Assembly (NCBI GenBank): GCA_027064425.1
Contig: JAMOPO010000027.1
Coordinates: 96,001-160,000, forward strand
Direction: 5' to 3'
Length of the DNA stretch: 64,000 nt
Source: Methanobacteriota archaeon
GTDB taxonomy: Archaea; JAADCQ01; Methanopyri; Methanopyrales; Methanopyraceae
Under the pieces are notes generated by a model, which saw only the letters and a list, made by a program, of their open reading frames with translations, did not search any database and had not been told where the DNA came from. Of this stretch, positions 60,220 through 64,000 are shown piece by piece. The position numbers and the translations under genes were made by a program. Position 1 is the first letter of the stretch; each line of letters starts with the position of its first letter.

Positions 60220-61610
60220 GGAGGTTGCCCGAGATGGTGCACGTGGGCCTGTTCGGTCACATCGACCACGGCAAGACCGCGCTGGCCGCGCAGCTCACGG
60301 AGAAGGCCTCGACCGCGGCGCTCGATAAGCACCCGGAGGAGCAGGAGCGCGGGATCACGATCGATCTGGGATTCTCCTCGTTCCGGCTGGGCGATTACGA
60401 GGTCACGCTGGTGGACGCCCCGGGGCACGCGGACCTGATCCGGACGGTCGTGGCGGGGGCGGAGATCATCGACGCGGCCATCCTGGTCGTGGCGGCGGAC
60501 GAGGGGCCGCAGGTGCAGACGGGCGAGCACCTGGTCGTGTTGGACTACCTCGGCGTGGACCGCGGGGTCGTGGCGCTCAACAAGATCGACCTGGTCGATG
60601 AGAGCACGGTGGAGCGGCGCATCGAGGAGGTTCGGAACGTTCTACGAGGCACCTCCCTGGAGGACGCCCCGATCGTCCCGGTGTCGGCGAAGACGGGGGA
60701 GGGCATCGACGAGCTGCGTGAGGCGCTGCTGGAGGTGCTGGAGCCGCCGGAGCGGGAGGTGGACGCGCCGTTCCGGATGCCGATCGACCACGCGTTTCAC
60801 GTGAAGGGGGCGGGCACGGTCGTCACGGGCACGGTCCTGTCCGGCGAGGTGGAGGTGGGTGAGGAGGTGATGCTCTACCCGTCCGGTAAGGTCGTGGAGG
60901 TGAAGTCGATCCAGTGCTTCGGCCGGGACCTCGACGCCGCGCGGGCGGGCGACCGGGTGGGGATGGCGCTGCGGGGGGTGAAGGAGGAGGAGATCGAGCG
61001 CGGGTTCCAGCTGGCGGAGCCCGACTCGCTGACGGTCACGAAGTACCTGGACTTGGCCGAGGTGGAGATCCACCCGCTGTTCCCGCAGTCGCTCCGGAAG
61101 CGAACCATGGTGCACGTTCACGTCGGCCTGCGCTCCGTGCCCGGGCACGTGGTCCCGCACGAGGACGGGTTCTTGAGGGAGGAGCTGGGCCCGGGCGAGT
61201 CCAGCGAGCTGTACGTGAAGCTCAACGAGCCGGTGGCGGTGCGGGAGGGTGACCCGGTCATCCTCATGAAGATGGACCTCCCGCCCACGAAGCTGCGGAT
61301 CGCGGGCGCGGGCCGAGTGGCGGGCACGGAGCGTCGGGAGACGTTCAAGCGCGTATCCGAGCGGCGGGGGCGGGTCACGGACCCGAACCACATGGGGAAG
61401 GGGCTGGCGGTGGTGGACGGCCTCGCGTTCAACAAGGAGCACGCGGAGAAGCTGGTCGGCGAGGAGGTGGAGACGGAGAGCGGGGTGAGGGGCCGGATCG
61501 TGGACACGCACGGGACGCGCGGTGCCGTGCTGGTCGAGTTCGAGGGGGACGTGAAGTCCGGGGAGAAGGTGCTGCTGAAGCGGGTGCGAGAGATCAAGGT
61601 GGACCTCTAG
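60216..61610 (+). CDS. selB: Selenocysteine-specific elongation factor
   Basis: GLFGHIDHGKT, ASTAALDK.PE...RGITIDLGFSSF, DAPGHADLIR, QTGEH, LRI.G.G. Confidence 0.94.
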   Translation: MRRLPEMVHVGLFGHIDHGKTALAAQLTEKASTAALDKHPEEQERGITIDLGFSSFRLGDYEVTLVDAPGHADLIRTVVAGAEIIDAAILVVAADEGPQVQTGEHLVVLDYLGVDRGVVALNKIDLVDESTVERRIEEVRNVLRGTSLEDAPIVPVSAKTGEGIDELREALLEVLEPPEREVDAPFRMPIDHAFHVKGAGTVVTGTVLSGEVEVGEEVMLYPSGKVVEVKSIQCFGRDLDAARAGDRVGMALRGVKEEEIERGFQLAEPDSLTVTKYLDLAEVEIHPLFPQSLRKRTMVHVHVGLRSVPGHVVPHEDGFLREELGPGESSELYVKLNEPVAVREGDPVILMKMDLPPTKLRIAGAGRVAGTERRETFKRVSERRGRVTDPNHMGKGLAVVDGLAFNKEHAEKLVGEEVETESGVRGRIVDTHGTRGAVLVEFEGDVKSGEKVLLKRVREIKVDL

Positions 61611-61655
61611 TCAGCGCTGGAACGTCTCTTCACGGCTCCGCTCCCGAGGGGCTCA

Positions 61656-62408
61656 TCATCTGAAGTGCTCCTTGGCGATTGGCAGGGTCTCGTTCGCCTC
61701 GTCCCGGGAGGTGATCCCGACCGCGACCGCGTCGGCGTACTGGGCGGCGTAGGGGATCCCTTCCTCCGGGGGGATGGAGCCCGCGGCGAGGACCTTCTTA
61801 GCGATGATCGTCCGGTCCGTGTCCTCCAGGATCTCCTCGACCCGCTTCCGGTCGCCCATGAAGGCCCCTTCAGGGTTCAGGGGTACCATGTACACGTCCA
61901 CGCCCTCGCGCGACTCCCAGCGGGGTAGGGTGGCGTCCGGCCGGTGCGTGGCGATGCCGACGGGGACCTCGAACCGGTCGCGGAGCTCGCGCAGCAGGGG
62001 GAGCACGTCGTCCGGGTCCCGCCCGTCCACTAGGCTGGCGTGCAGGAGAACCGCCCGCAGGTTCATCCCGTCGATCGTTCGCACGTCCTCGCGGAGCGGG
62101 CCGAGACCGACGACGGCGACAACTTCAAGGTCGTGCTCGACCTCCCGGAGCGCCTGGACTATCACGGGGTCCGCGAGGGCCTGGACTCCGCGGACGCCGT
62201 GCCTCTTCGCGCAGTACTCGACGAGGCGCGTGATGTTGCGCGGCTGCTCGTAGAACTTCTCCCGGTAGGTGATCGCCCTGGGACCGAATTGTCCCGCGCC
62301 CAGGAACGGTGAGGTACCTATCATAACCTTGGGGATCAGGGGTGCTTCCCCCGGCGGGGGTCGGTAGCGCGGACCCTCCTCACCGATCAGCCCGTGGTCC
62401 GTCGTCAT
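61656..62408 (-). CDS. Hypothetical TIM-barrel (aldo-keto reductase-like) protein
   Basis: GTSPF.GAGQFG, GIATH, PLNP.G..M, AKKVLAAG.I.P. Confidence 0.65.
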   Translation of the reverse strand: MTTDHGLIGEEGPRYRPPPGEAPLIPKVMIGTSPFLGAGQFGPRAITYREKFYEQPRNITRLVEYCAKRHGVRGVQALADPVIVQALREVEHDLEVVAVVGLGPLREDVRTIDGMNLRAVLLHASLVDGRDPDDVLPLLRELRDRFEVPVGIATHRPDATLPRWESREGVDVYMVPLNPEGAFMGDRKRVEEILEDTDRTIIAKKVLAAGSIPPEEGIPYAAQYADAVAVGITSRDEANETLPIAKEHFR

Positions 62409-62430
62409 CCCCCGCCAGGGGGCTGTGGGT

Positions 62431-64000
62431 ATGAGCGAGAAGGTTGAAGTGTGCTTCGATGAGGCCCTGCTGGACTACGCGGACGTGGACGAGATCGTGC
62501 TCGACGTCGGGGAGGAGGCGCTGGCCGAGGCCCTGGCCAACCGGCACCGGCAGATGGTGGTATTTCAGGGTGACGAGCTGAAGGCCGCCGCCGCGGGCGT
62601 GGTGGCCGCCGGGGCCGCGGACGTCCTGGTCGAGGTTAGGGACCGGCCCGTCTCCGTGCTCTACGTGACCGACAGCCTGAAGGAGGACACGTACGCGCGG
62701 GAGCGGTACGAGGAGTTCCGGGACGTGTTCGAGGGTTTCCTGGAGGAGGTCGGCGTGGACTACGAGCTGGAGGCGCTCACGTTCGGCGGCTCGAAGCGCG
62801 TCCTGGGCACGACCTGGGACATCCTGGTCATGGACCTGTCCTACGAGCTCGACCCGGACGCGATCGGTCGCCTGATTGAGACCGTGCGCGGCGGCGGACT
62901 GATCCTCATGCTCACGCCTCCCTTCGACCGGTGGAGGCGGATGTGGACGGCCTTCCACAAGAGCCTGGTCACGCCCCCGTACACCCTGGATCACGTGGGT
63001 AAGCGGTTCAACCGACGGTTCATCCGGAAGCTGGAGGAGCATGACGGGATCTGGATCGTGGACACGGACGAGTGGGAGGCGGACCCGGAGCCGAGCGAGG
63101 ATCCCGAGCTGGAGGTGAAGGTGAAGCGCCGGGAGCCCCCGGACGTCGAGCCCCCGAGGCGCGCGCTGCTGCCCGAGGAGCTCTACGAGATGTGCGCGAC
63201 GGAGGACCAGTTCAAGGCCCTGGCCAAGTTCGAGGAGCTGCTGCGCGCCCGGAGCAAGACGGCGTTCATCCTCACGGCCGACCGGGGCCGGGGCAAGTCC
63301 GCGCTCCTGGGCATCGCCATCGCCGGCGCCGGGGTGGCCGTCGAGGACATCTACGACGTGGTGGTCACGGCCTCGGAGCCGGAGAACGTGGGCGTTCTGT
63401 TCGAGTTCCTGTTGAAGGCGCTGGACCGGCTCGGGGTGGATTACGAGGTCGAGAAGGACGATGATGGCAACGTCGTCTACGTCGAGACGGACGAGTTCGT
63501 GGTCGAGTACGAGCGCCCATCGGACGCGGCCGAGATCAAGTGTGACCTGATGGTCGTGGACGAGGCGGCCTCGATCCACGTGCCGATTCTGCACCGGATC
63601 CTGGACAACAACGACCTCGTGGTCTACTCGTCCACGATCCACGGCTACGAGGGCGCGGGTCGGGGCTTCTCGGTCCGGTTCCTGCAGAGCGTGGAAAAGC
63701 GGGACGACGTGCGGCTGATCAAGTTCAAGATGCACGAGCCGATCCGGTACGACGCGGACGACCCCATCGAGCGATGGCTGTTCGACACGCTGCTGCTCGA
63801 CGCGGAGCCGGCCAAGCTGGAGAAGGAGGACATCGAGTGCGTGAAGAGTAAGCGGGTCGAGCTCGAGAAGCCGGACCTCCGGTTCTGGTTCGAGGACGAG
63901 GAGGGCGAGGAGGAGCTGCGCCAGTTCATCGGAATCTACGTGATGGCGCACTACCGGAACCGACCCAGCGACGTGATGGTGCTGGCGGACGCACCGCACC
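62431..64000 (+). CDS. tmcA: tRNA/rRNA cytidine acetyltransferase TmcA/Nat10 (partial, runs off window)
   Basis: Open frame from ATG 62431 with TADRGRGKSA, VDEAA, STIHGYEG.GRGF, EPIRY...DP.E.WL, AHYRN.PSD; missing from the ORF track because there is no stop. Confidence 0.93.
   Translation, partial: MSEKVEVCFDEALLDYADVDEIVLDVGEEALAEALANRHRQMVVFQGDELKAAAAGVVAAGAADVLVEVRDRPVSVLYVTDSLKEDTYARERYEEFRDVFEGFLEEVGVDYELEALTFGGSKRVLGTTWDILVMDLSYELDPDAIGRLIETVRGGGLILMLTPPFDRWRRMWTAFHKSLVTPPYTLDHVGKRFNRRFIRKLEEHDGIWIVDTDEWEADPEPSEDPELEVKVKRREPPDVEPPRRALLPEELYEMCATEDQFKALAKFEELLRARSKTAFILTADRGRGKSALLGIAIAGAGVAVEDIYDVVVTASEPENVGVLFEFLLKALDRLGVDYEVEKDDDGNVVYVETDEFVVEYERPSDAAEIKCDLMVVDEAASIHVPILHRILDNNDLVVYSSTIHGYEGAGRGFSVRFLQSVEKRDDVRLIKFKMHEPIRYDADDPIERWLFDTLLLDAEPAKLEKEDIECVKSKRVELEKPDLRFWFEDEEGEEELRQFIGIYVMAHYRNRPSDVMVLADAPH

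Overview
GC-rich, densely coding archaeal chromosome segment. It is almost certainly from a Methanopyrus-like hyperthermophilic methanogen: HemA and tRNA-Sec closely resemble the M. kandleri sequences as I recall them, proteins are very acidic, and methanogenesis marker 8, archaeal PEP carboxylase, MreB and a sortase are present. About 75 CDS, mostly housekeeping: translation and tRNA modification (L37e, L35Ae, GlyRS, TgtA, two Trm1 paralogs, TrmO, Nep1, partial TmcA), tetrapyrrole (hemA, hemB), pyrG, hisF, ppcA, rnhB, nth. A selenium module is scattered across the window: tRNA-Sec, SelB and vhuG-vhuA-vhuU with an in-frame UGA and a 3' SECIS. tRNA-Gln(UUG) is also present. No CRISPR array or mobile element was seen. 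Most interesting: (1) the same AT-rich 23-bp palindrome just 3' of both tRNA genes; (2) a PmtA-like methyltransferase-psd-pssA operon, a candidate archaetidylcholine pathway; (3) a DUF515/Gly-rich substrate/sortase surface-anchoring locus; (4) an oapABC(arvABC)-unknown-mreB operon; (5) a Roadblock/Roadblock/MinD operon; (6) a stand-alone Pnkp-type RNA ligase domain; (7) a frameshifted cbiQ and a LysR-type palindrome between the metal transporter and the vhu operon; (8) an unannotated 41-aa ORF. All family assignments come from motif recognition by eye, not database searches. Several starts were moved from the ORF track to more plausible codons.
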